A stretch of 63,059 nucleotides of DNA, counting the filler, from Stramenopiles sp. TOSAG23-3 (lineage: Eukaryota), in NCBI GenBank assembly GCA_900128585.1. It is 10 parts of 10 records of this genome, joined end to end, with 100 filler letters (N's around TTAATTAATTAA, not from the genome) between each part and the next. Parts side by side here need not be neighbours in the genome. Positions count along the whole stretch, not along the records: positions 27,597 to 34,381 come from LT643254.1; positions 34,482 to 41,262 come from LT643255.1; positions 41,363 to 48,142 come from LT643256.1; 7 more parts are not named here. One strand, written 5' to 3'. This document shows, piece by piece, positions 33,043-41,738 of the stretch; the stretch's first letter is position 1, and each line of letters opens with the position of its first letter. A program made the position numbers and the translations under genes. The notes beneath the pieces were generated by a model, which was not told the DNA's origin, did not search any database, and worked only from the letters and a program-made list of their open reading frames with translations.

Positions 33043-33504
33043 ATGGAATCTCAACAATGCGGTATTTGTTTTGAGGATTTGGGGCCCGCTAAGCGAAAAG
33101 CCACCACTGACGTATGCGATCATCCATATTGTGTGGGCTGCTTGGAAACATGGGCGTTAAAAAACGATACATGCCCGACGTGTCGCCGTACGTTTACTGA
33201 AGTCAAGACACACGGCAAAAGGAAGCGCGAAATCACCGTTAGAAAGTTGAGGACGGATATGGTGAAGGCGAAGAAACGAACGAGAAAACGAGTACTAAGA
33301 CGCTTCAAACGCCAATTTCAAAAGGGCTACGCTTACCGTTTCAAACGATCGGTGACAATCGCTGGTGTGCCTTTACAAGAATGGGGATTGATACCACGTT
33401 CTGAAGCTACTGAGAACGATATTGCCGACATGGACAAAGCAAAAAGTTTGAAATGCTGTCTGGACGATAGAGGGGGGAGGTTCACACCCATTGTACTTGA
33501 ATAA
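33043..33504 (+). CDS. RING-finger (C3HC4) protein, putative E3 ubiquitin ligase
   Basis: CGIC...CDHPYCVGC..W...CPTCR; basic C-terminal region. Confidence 0.9.
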   Translation: MESQQCGICFEDLGPAKRKATTDVCDHPYCVGCLETWALKNDTCPTCRRTFTEVKTHGKRKREITVRKLRTDMVKAKKRTRKRVLRRFKRQFQKGYAYRFKRSVTIAGVPLQEWGLIPRSEATENDIADMDKAKSLKCCLDDRGGRFTPIVLE

Positions 33505-33522
33505 CTTTATAATATACTTTAT

Positions 33523-34101
33523 TTATTCATTATTTATCCATCTACACCCATTCCATACACGATTGTAGAGGATATTATCGCTTTTACTCATGTTCTCGGT
33601 ACCCCATAATGGCTGGAGGTTGGTGTAATGAAAACATCGCCTTTGCTGTTCGGGATCGCTCAAGTCAAAGGAAGCACAGGGCATCATGTGATCGATGTGC
33701 CATGTTCCTTGGTTCTCCCATGTCATTCCGGGTTGGAACTGCTTTTCCATATGATCCATTAAGTGTGATATGGAACAGCCCACTAACTTCATGGTTCGAG
33801 CGCTCTTGTTCTTGCCTTTGAGTGCTCTATGTAATTGTCTTCGTAAAAGCTTTTTAAGTCTGTACTGTGGATCAGAATCGTAACGTTCCTTAGCGCGTGC
33901 ATTTTTTCGTTTCTTGTATTCCGGGCGCTTGTTGCTCTTCCTTTCCGATGCACGAGCTTTCTCCGGGTTGTTTTGTTTCCACTTCTTGGTAGATGCCTTC
34001 ACACACACTTTGCATCGGTATGCAAGCCCATCGGGTGATTTGGATCGCTTGTTAAACTCCGTGAGCGCTTTGGTTTGGTTGCATCCGGTACAGGTCTTCA
34101 T
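33523..34101 (-). CDS. HNH/endonuclease VII-like putative homing endonuclease of the kind common in NCLDVs and phages
   Basis: N-terminal KTCTGCNQTK..EF......DG....CKVC; LVGCS, FQPGMTWEN, WHIDH..PCASFDL, CFHYTNLQPLW..EN.SK. Confidence 0.85.
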   Translation of the reverse strand: MKTCTGCNQTKALTEFNKRSKSPDGLAYRCKVCVKASTKKWKQNNPEKARASERKSNKRPEYKKRKNARAKERYDSDPQYRLKKLLRRQLHRALKGKNKSARTMKLVGCSISHLMDHMEKQFQPGMTWENQGTWHIDHMMPCASFDLSDPEQQRRCFHYTNLQPLWGTENMSKSDNILYNRVWNGCRWINNE

Positions 34102-34262
34102 TTTGATTCAATCTGAGGCTTTAAATACCACAATTTCCATTCCAGTGCGTTTCTAGCCACAATTCCATCTCTTCCACATACGAATGGGACCTGAGGGTCC
34201 TTACCGGTCAGGGGGTCCACTATCCGTACCTCCATCCATCCATCATCCATCACTACTGTACT

Positions 34263-34324
34263 ATCCCAACATCCCAACATCCCAACATCCCAACATCCCA
34301 ACATCCCAACATCCCAACATCCCA
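34263..34324. repeat. 8-bp tandem repeat (ATCCCAAC) x7 plus a partial copy
   Basis: Read directly; runs into the motif ATCCCATTTGGTACAT. Confidence 0.98.
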
Positions 34325-34381
34325 TTTGGTACATAAAAATAATAAAAAATAGAATAAATAACAAAAGAAAAACATAAAACT

Positions 34382-34481
34382 NNNNNNNNNNNNNNNNNNN
34401 NNNNNNNNNNNNNNNNNNNNNNNNNTTAATTAATTAANNNNNNNNNNNNNNNNNNNNNNNNNNNNNNNNNNNNNNNNNNNN
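34382..34481. other. Artificial contig spacer
   Basis: 44 N + TTAATTAATTAA + 44 N. Confidence 0.99.
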
Positions 34482-34832
34482 AGGAGACTGGGCGGTAACT
34501 GGTACCTTGGCCACAAGGGCGCTAAAATGCCAGGAGCAGTGCAGTGGACTACCAGCAAGGCCGCAGAAAAGTCTCGTATGAACAGGATCGTTGGCCCGAG
34601 AGATGCTATCGGAACGATGGTAGGGGGCGCCGTTATTAACCATTTCTTTGACGAAATGGACGACGAAGACGATTTGGACGACGAAGCGGTAGGAGGCTGC
34701 TCTAGGTGCGTACGCTGGCCGTGCTCCGCGTTCTGCGACGAACTAGACGATTTGGACGACGAGGACGACGACGATAATTTATACGACGAAGCGGTAGGAG
34801 CCTGCTCTGCGTCTAATTGTTGGCGATTGTAG
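34482..34832 (+). CDS. Possible 3' end of a gene with duplicated acidic/Cys motif (DEAVGxCS)
   Basis: Frame open from the contig edge to TAG at 34830-34832. The antisense frame is also open, so the strand is uncertain. Confidence 0.4.
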   Translation, partial: RRLGGNWYLGHKGAKMPGAVQWTTSKAAEKSRMNRIVGPRDAIGTMVGGAVINHFFDEMDDEDDLDDEAVGGCSRCVRWPCSAFCDELDDLDDEDDDDNLYDEAVGACSASNCWRL

Positions 34833-35062
34833 GCCTCCACGAACAGTCATACATTTGAGTAACAGGATAGCAAAACAGAAATTACCTATCATACCAGGAG
34901 GAAATTGTTTAAAAGTGATCACTATCAATCAAGCAAGAAAAAAAAATTGTACCCTACTGTTTCTTTTTTCTTCTTCTTTTTTCTTCTTTTTCTTCTTTCT
35001 TCTTCTTTCTTCTTGTTCTTCTTTCTTCTTGTTCTTCTTTCTTCTTGTTCTTCTTCTTTATT

Positions 35063-35148
35063 AAAAACAAGAAAATTGGCTGTTATTTAAGTAATTAAAT
35101 TTAGCGTCCTCATACCCTAATCCTAACTTGGTTCCGTAGTTTTGTTTC
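35063..35148 (-). repeat. Longest copy (about 85 bp) of the dispersed ACAGCCAATTTTCTTG repeat family
   Basis: Reverse complement matches 504-546 and 751-778. Confidence 0.85.
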
Positions 35149-35864
35149 AATAAAAAGGTCTTTCTTTTTTTACTTTCCCTCCGCCCTCGTGCCATTCCCA
35201 ATCAACCCTCCCCTTTCAAGTTCTCGCTGGTCTTCTCGCCCGTCTCGACTAATAAAATAAACCAAAAGGTCATCTGTTTTTTGTTTTATAGAATAGTCTA
35301 GTTATATAACAATTGTACTAATTCAATACAGCATAGCAAGGAATTGAACAGCTTGCTCTTCTTCTTTTTTTTTTCCCAAAATAATTTTCTTTTTTCTTCT
35401 TTTGCTTTTGCATCATCAATCTCCGCGACCAAAGTTAACAAATCTATTTTTATGGACGCTATTCCTATGTTATTTGTTTTTTAAAAATCAAGGACCTGGA
35501 CCTTTCAAAATATCTATTTCTTATATACAGTTACACAGCATCATACCACGCACAAAAAATCGGGATTTATTATAATAATCTGATCTTTTTTTACATAGAC
35601 ACAGCAGAATCAAACCCCAAATTTTTACAAGAGAAGACGACAACAAACAAAGACAACAGCCACAGAGACCACACACAACGCTATATTATAACGGAATTGG
35701 TTTACTCGAACGGCCGAAGGGATGTAAATGAAAAAATAAATGTAAAAAGCAAAGAGAGAAAGATAATTTACACAAAAAAGTTCATTATCAAAGCACATTT
35801 AGATTATACGTTTTCATTTTGCTTCTATTGCACTTTCAGTTTACAGTTCACACAAGCATATACA

Positions 35865-37736
35865 ATGTCGACCTTTGTTAATGCCATGGACCACGCGGTC
35901 GCCAGCCGGACCCTTGGGGAAAACGGGATGGCGCAGTTGACGACGACAACGGACTCTAGGGTAGATCTGTTCTTCAACGCGGTGAGATCGACACCGGAAG
36001 AGGGAATGAGGGGCCTCATCGACAAGGTGGTCGCGCAAATCCGATCGGAGGCGACGGATAGTAAGGAAAAGGCGGAGTTGGCGGCGGACTTGATTGTCTC
36101 GATTTTCCAGATGAGGGCGACCCGCGGCATGGGAAAGGGAGAGCGGCACTTGGCGGTGGTGTCGTTGGTGTACCTCCACACCATGTTCCCAAAGACGATA
36201 GAGTCGTTGATGGAGGAAGTGCCGTTCTATGGAAGCTGGAAGGATTTGCTGGAAATCTCCACTTCAGTAAAGGTACAAACGGGTCTGCGGGACGCCTGTC
36301 TGAAGCTGTTTGCGAGGCAGCTGGAGGAGGACGCAAAGGCCGTTCGGGCGAGTGAGGCGAAGGGCGCAGAGGGAAACCTGACCATTTCGCTGGCGGCGAA
36401 GTGGGCCCCGCGAGAAGGGAAGGCGTACGACAAGAAAGGGAAAGTAGTCAAGACTTTGAGCAAGATGCTGTTCCCGTTGGAGACGTTGAGCAAAGGCGAC
36501 AGGCGCAAGCTCTACCGCAAGCTGGTAGGGGGGCTGACGAGGCAGTTGAAGGTGCCAGAGGTGTTGATGTCGGCGCAGCGGTGGGGAGAGATCAACTTCA
36601 AGGAGGTGCCATCCTTGTGCTTGGACAGGCACAGAAAAGCGTTTTTGAACGAAGACTTGAAGATCAAACTCCAGGCATCAGAGTTTGAGACCGGCAACCG
36701 TCTCCCGGAGAGTGCCGACCGAGTCGCGTGCAGAGCCCACTTGGTGGAAAAGCTGAAGGAGGGCGCGGTGAACGGGAAGCAGCTGTTCCCCCATGAAATC
36801 GTCCAAAAGTTCCGGTCTGGGTACGGCTCTGGATTGTCCGAGATGGAGGAACTGATGAGTCAGGCGCAGTGGGTAGCGATCCGTGACGACGTTTTGAAGG
36901 GGATGGCGGAGTTGAAAGTGTCCGAGGACAAGGGCGGAAAGGTTGACTTGGGAAACCTTGTCCCGCTGGTGGACGTATCTGGGAGCATGAGCGGTATCCC
37001 AATGGAGGTGGCGATCGCCCTGGGAATCTTGGTGTCCGAAATCTCGGCAGATTGCATCAAGAACCGCGTCCTCACGTTTGAGTCAAGGCCTCAGTGGTTT
37101 GCGCTTGACTCGAACGACTCCATTGGGGAAAAAGTTCGAAAGCTTCGAAGGGCACCGTGGGGTGGTTCGACGAACTTTACGTTGGCCTTGGAGATGATTT
37201 ACAACGTGGTGAAATCAAACAGGCTATTGGAGGAGGATGTCCCCGATTTAATCGTGTTCAGTGACATGCAATTCGATCAAGCGGACCGATCGTTTGCGAC
37301 TCAATACGAGCAAATCAAACGTGCCTTTCACTCCCTTGGGATGGATATCATGGGGAAACCGTACGATCCACCGCGGATAATTTTTTGGAATTTGAGGGGA
37401 AACTCTCACCGCGGTTCCCATGCCCCTGTCACGGCAGAGACGGAAAATGTTCAGCTCTTGTCAGGGTTTTCGCCGAGCCTGTTGAAACTTGTTTTGGCAG
37501 GGGAGCTGAATGGGGAGGAGGAGATTGTGGAGACGGTCGATGAGAGCGGAAATGTGGTGGTGACAAAGCAGAAGAGGAAGATCACGCCATACGAGACGTA
37601 CCGAAAGGCCATCGACGACGAGAATTTTGACCGGGTACGGAAGCGGTTGAAAACCAGCACGGAGGGGGTGTTGGCGAGCTACTCGTTCTCCGAAGCAGCA
37701 TCGGAATCGGCGGAAGGGGATGCAAAGGTGGCATGA
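35865..37736 (+). CDS. DUF2828-family (TROVE-like + vWA) protein
   Basis: GKGER, YGSWKDLL, ISLAAKWAPRE, LFPHEIV, LVDVSGSM, WGGSTNF, VFSDMQFD, IIFWNLR, LLSGFS. ATG at 35865. Confidence 0.9.
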   Translation: MSTFVNAMDHAVASRTLGENGMAQLTTTTDSRVDLFFNAVRSTPEEGMRGLIDKVVAQIRSEATDSKEKAELAADLIVSIFQMRATRGMGKGERHLAVVSLVYLHTMFPKTIESLMEEVPFYGSWKDLLEISTSVKVQTGLRDACLKLFARQLEEDAKAVRASEAKGAEGNLTISLAAKWAPREGKAYDKKGKVVKTLSKMLFPLETLSKGDRRKLYRKLVGGLTRQLKVPEVLMSAQRWGEINFKEVPSLCLDRHRKAFLNEDLKIKLQASEFETGNRLPESADRVACRAHLVEKLKEGAVNGKQLFPHEIVQKFRSGYGSGLSEMEELMSQAQWVAIRDDVLKGMAELKVSEDKGGKVDLGNLVPLVDVSGSMSGIPMEVAIALGILVSEISADCIKNRVLTFESRPQWFALDSNDSIGEKVRKLRRAPWGGSTNFTLALEMIYNVVKSNRLLEEDVPDLIVFSDMQFDQADRSFATQYEQIKRAFHSLGMDIMGKPYDPPRIIFWNLRGNSHRGSHAPVTAETENVQLLSGFSPSLLKLVLAGELNGEEEIVETVDESGNVVVTKQKRKITPYETYRKAIDDENFDRVRKRLKTSTEGVLASYSFSEAASESAEGDAKVA

Positions 37737-38303
37737 AGGGAGAGTGACAAAGGGGAAAGGAAGTGGGAGCATGCGCCTAAACTTGTGAATTAATTTGTAT
37801 ATAAAAAAAAAACATTTAAAAACTCATATGAGATTCATTTAAAACAAAACCAAAACAATTATTCTACATTTGTGCGTTTTAAACATTTATTTCCAGAAGA
37901 AGAAATAATAAAATACACCAACAATCATCATTTCATATTATTTATTTTTTGTAGTCGTCGTCTATTTTGAGTAGTAGTACCGGTCGACTATNNNNNNNNN
38001 NNNNNNTATATTTTAATAATAATATTTTAATAAAAAATATCAACAAACAACGAACAACACACAACAGGATTTTTTCTTAATTAAAAAAATAATTAATCCT
38101 CTCCACCTCCACCACCCCACTGAAATTTTACTTATAATAATTTGAATATTTTATTTTTTGTTGATATAAAAAAATGCAAACAAAGCGCTTATTCCGATAA
38201 ATTTCGCTTCTGTAACTTTTACTATGACGATTGTCTAAACGTTTCTACGCTTGGTAAATGCAACGAACGTTCCTTTTCTGAGGGGTAGTTAGAGAGAAAG
38301 AGA

Positions 38304-39614
38304 ATGTCGTCGATGCCGGCTTCCGTTTCCGTGGGTAAAGCGAGCGTCGCGGTGATTGGGTTGATGTCGGGGACTTCGCTGGACGCTGTGGACGCGTCTC
38401 TGGTTTACGTAGAACAGTACGGGGAGCTGCTGCTCGGGGCGGGTGAGTCCATAGAGGTAAAGATACCCAGTGAGTTACGCGGAAAGTGTTTAGCATTGTC
38501 AAAAACGTGCGCGGCAGACGTTGACTTTGCCCGGTCCTGCGCCGCAGTCTCCGTCGACCCTCGGAAAAGTTTCCGCAACAAAGACATTGCTGGACTAGAA
38601 TTAGAAATTACTGAAATACACGCTCGGGCTGTGGCCAAACTGTTGAACAAGATATCATCACCTTCGCCAACAGGAGATGCCCGCGCGCGCCCTCCGGTCA
38701 GCCTCGTGGGCTTCCACGGCCAAACGATATACCACCACCCTCACGGTCCCCCAAGTGAGCGCTTCACGTGGCAACTCGGCGACGGAAAACTCTTGGCCAA
38801 ACTGACAAACATGAAGGTTGTGTCGCAGTTCCGCTTCCAGGACGTTGGTCGGGGTGGCGAAGGGGCTCCACTGGCTCCTCTGTATCACGTTGCGCGCATG
38901 CGCTTGTCGTTAGCCGCCAACCACGTGCCCGCTGGGGTCGTAAGTGCAGGCGGTGCGACCGGGACTTCGATTGCCATTTTGAACATTGGTGGTGTCAGCA
39001 ACGTAACGTTCCTGAGGGTCGACAGCGCTTCAAACCAAAGCGCCCCGTTAGCCTTTGACTGTGGGCCGGGGAATGCATTGATCGACGACTTTATGCACCG
39101 TAAAACTGGTACTCCAACGGATCAAGATGGTGTATGCGCTGCCGCTGGCAATCCCCGAGAGGACATCATCAACGAGGCTGTGCTGAACTATGCCGCATAC
39201 TTGTCGCGCAAACCACCAAAGAGCTTGGATCGGAACACGTTTTCCGAGGGCATCTTCTCTAGCGAACTTTTTTTTAATCGGCTTTCGATAAACGACGGGG
39301 CAGCAACACTCGCGCGCTTCACTGCAGTCTGTATTGCCATGTCAGTCTCCCTGGTAGGCGAAGATCATGCCCCAAAAGTGTGGTACGTCTGCGGGGGAGG
39401 CCGCCACAACCCTACCCTGATGAAACACATCATGGAAGAGGTCTGCGTCCCCGTTTTTCCCGTAGAGGCCCTTGAGTGGAACGGCGACAGCCTGGAGGCG
39501 GAGTGTTTTGGATACTTGGCTGCACGGGTCGTTGCTGGGAAGCACACTTCGCTTCCAACGACGACCGGGTGTTCGGAGCCCGTATGTGGAGGGTTGGTGG
39601 ATATGCCAGTTTAG
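38304..39614 (+). CDS. anmK: Anhydro-N-acetylmuramic acid kinase (AnmK/levoglucosan kinase family)
   Basis: IGLMSGTSLD, GFHGQT, GGEGAPLAP, LNIGGVSN, AFDCGPGNALID, PPKSLDRN, CGGGRHN, EAECFGYLA, PTTTG. Confidence 0.92.
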   Translation: MSSMPASVSVGKASVAVIGLMSGTSLDAVDASLVYVEQYGELLLGAGESIEVKIPSELRGKCLALSKTCAADVDFARSCAAVSVDPRKSFRNKDIAGLELEITEIHARAVAKLLNKISSPSPTGDARARPPVSLVGFHGQTIYHHPHGPPSERFTWQLGDGKLLAKLTNMKVVSQFRFQDVGRGGEGAPLAPLYHVARMRLSLAANHVPAGVVSAGGATGTSIAILNIGGVSNVTFLRVDSASNQSAPLAFDCGPGNALIDDFMHRKTGTPTDQDGVCAAAGNPREDIINEAVLNYAAYLSRKPPKSLDRNTFSEGIFSSELFFNRLSINDGAATLARFTAVCIAMSVSLVGEDHAPKVWYVCGGGRHNPTLMKHIMEEVCVPVFPVEALEWNGDSLEAECFGYLAARVVAGKHTSLPTTTGCSEPVCGGLVDMPV

Positions 39615-39946
39615 GTGTCATCACGAGAAAAAATCCCGAAAGGGGACGTGTACATATTTAGATTAACTGAATTAGGTTTTTCGTTTTTGGTAATATTTCA
39701 TGATCGTGTAAAATAATTTTTAAAATAATGGAGAATTACACTCTCTATTAAATTTAAAAAAAAAACTATATATAATTAATCTGCATATAAAAAAACAAAT
39801 TATATAGTTTGCTTGAAGACACAATAATTAGACTACTCTATAAATTACAGCCAATTTTACATAAGAGGCACACTAAGCTTCAGGATACTAGCGATTTTGT
39901 TTCATAGTACTAATTATAATTCTTAAGTAACTGGAAGGCCTTGTTA

Positions 39947-41146
39947 TTAACCTTGCACGATCTTGCACTCTATGTGCAGGCCGCCTATTGGTGTAAACTC
40001 TGGGATGAAAATTCTGCGGACTTGGCCCAACTGAATGTTTGGATCACCGTCAATGTCGTAAACATCTGCCACTCTGTCGGGCTGGTCTACCATTGGAACC
40101 TCTATGCGGAACCCCCGCCTTGCGTTCAAAATGGGTACGTCCACGTTGTACACCAAGCTGTTGAAGTCTTCCCGATGCAGCAAAAAGTGGGGGTGATCCG
40201 ATACTCCAAATTCAAAAATGAAATCTCCGGGGCGCTTGTTCAACGCCGCGTCCCCGTCTCCCGCCCGCTTCATTCTCCGAGAGTTCGATCCTGGGGGGAT
40301 TGTAAACGCCAAGTGCTGGTCTTCGTGGACGACCCCGCTACCATGGCAGTGTCGGCAAACATGTCCCGAATGTCCAGTGCCACCACACTTGGGGCATCTT
40401 CCGTGGAACGTCACGCACGGTATCCCGTGGTGGCAGCCCCACGTTTGCTGAACGCTTCCGTGCCCACCACACCGATCGCAAATATGGGGTGAATCGTGCC
40501 CCTCCGGTGCCCCAGTGCCAGAGCACACCGGACATGTGGACGCTTTCCGCCGTTTGTGGTTTATTCTTATCGGCTTTCCCGAAAAATAGGCCGCCATGTC
40601 TACGTTCATTTGAAGAACAGTGTCCTCGTTCCGGGGCTTGTCCTTCAACATTTTGTAGGCGGCGCTTATTTCCAAGAACTTTTCTTCGGCCTCCTCCTCC
40701 GAAAGTTGGCACACCTCGTCTTCCCTGGTCGGGGAAGCCCGGCGCTGGAGCCGGCTCATTCGCCGCTCTGCGGACGATATCAACTTGGGCACAATGGACT
40801 CCTTTACGTTGTATTTATGTACAAAATCCATTGCCGCGGATTCGATTTGCTGCCCTTCAAAAACAGTGAAGTTTTTTGTGCCCTTTGTGCCCAGCTTTAC
40901 TTCAAACGATAAGACCGACTTCTTCCTTTGACCGTCCTTTGCCCGCTTCCGCTTCAACGCCTTGACCTTATCCGGGTGATACAGCAACGCCAGCTTTCGG
41001 TAAGCCGATTTTATTTCTTTCTCAGTCGCGTCAGAAGATAGCCCCAGCACGTCGTAAGGAATCGCACCCCCGTTAGCGTTTAATACTGCCGCAAATAGAC
41101 AGAAGAGGAGGACGAAGAAATGGCGCGTTATTCTGCATACCGCCAT
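39947..41146 (-). CDS. Secretory-pathway type I DnaJ chaperone (Scj1/ERdj-like) with an insertion in the J-domain
   Basis: Signal peptide from ATG 41146; YDVLGL...[16 protein letters not shown]; four CxxCxGxG repeats; C-terminal PGD..F....HP.F motif. Confidence 0.9.
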   Translation of the reverse strand: MAVCRITRHFFVLLFCLFAAVLNANGGAIPYDVLGLSSDATEKEIKSAYRKLALLYHPDKVKALKRKRAKDGQRKKSVLSFEVKLGTKGTKNFTVFEGQQIESAAMDFVHKYNVKESIVPKLISSAERRMSRLQRRASPTREDEVCQLSEEEAEEKFLEISAAYKMLKDKPRNEDTVLQMNVDMAAYFSGKPIRINHKRRKASTCPVCSGTGAPEGHDSPHICDRCGGHGSVQQTWGCHHGIPCVTFHGRCPKCGGTGHSGHVCRHCHGSGVVHEDQHLAFTIPPGSNSRRMKRAGDGDAALNKRPGDFIFEFGVSDHPHFLLHREDFNSLVYNVDVPILNARRGFRIEVPMVDQPDRVADVYDIDGDPNIQLGQVRRIFIPEFTPIGGLHIECKIVQG

Positions 41147-41262
41147 TTTTTGTACGTTCTTTCTTCGACCGCCCACGAACAAACTAAACTATACCCACCT
41201 TTCTCCCCAAACTGTATACGGTCGACTCACATAAAATACTTATACAGTACAGAGAACAAAGG

Positions 41263-41362
41263 NNNNNNNNNNNNNNNNNNNNNNNNNNNNNNNNNNNNNN
41301 NNNNNNTTAATTAATTAANNNNNNNNNNNNNNNNNNNNNNNNNNNNNNNNNNNNNNNNNNNN
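41263..41362. other. Artificial contig spacer
   Basis: 44 N + TTAATTAATTAA + 44 N; followed by a (GAA)n microsatellite. Confidence 0.99.
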
Positions 41363-41738
41363 GAAGAAGAAGAAGAAGAAGAAGAAGAAGAAGAAGAAGA
41401 AGAAGAAGAAGAAGAAGAAGAAGAAAGAAGAAAAAGAAGAAACGACGACGAACGACGTTACGTGGTTATTATTATTATAAGTGGTGGTGGATGGGATTTG
41501 ATTGAGCGGTGGTGGACTTTTTTTTGTAATCTATATTATGAGTAGAGAGATATATTACGAAATGAAAGGTGTTCAATTTCATTTTGGTCATATATTGTTT
41601 ATGTGTTTCGTTTATTATTAACTTGACTTTATCTAGTTTTCCTACTTTTTCACGTTTCACCCCTGATTTGTTTTTCTTCTTCTTTTCACTTTCATTTTTG
41701 TTGTTAAATAGTTGTTGTTGACCGTTTCACACACCGCC

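Larger units (their letters stand above)
27597..34381. mobile_element. Virus-like contig (large dsDNA virus fragment or endogenous viral element)
   Basis: Eight short intronless genes, mostly ORFans; RING and NCLDV/phage-type HNH genes; 18-nt gaps between convergent genes; A/C-rich leaders; distinct repeat arrays. No hallmark capsid or polymerase gene is visible. Confidence 0.6.

Noticed and set aside
35063-35100. AAAACAAGAAAATTGGCTGTTATTTAA/GTAATT as a spliced-leader exon plus donor
   Set aside because: Copies lie in 3' flanks in both orientations, not just upstream of start codons as SL relics would, and no clear Sm site follows.
35865-41146. DUF2828-AnmK-DnaJ as a bacterial operon or contaminant
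   Set aside because: Long AT-rich spacers, host repeats, a signal-peptide DnaJ and convergent orientation indicate eukaryotic DNA with no evident functional link.
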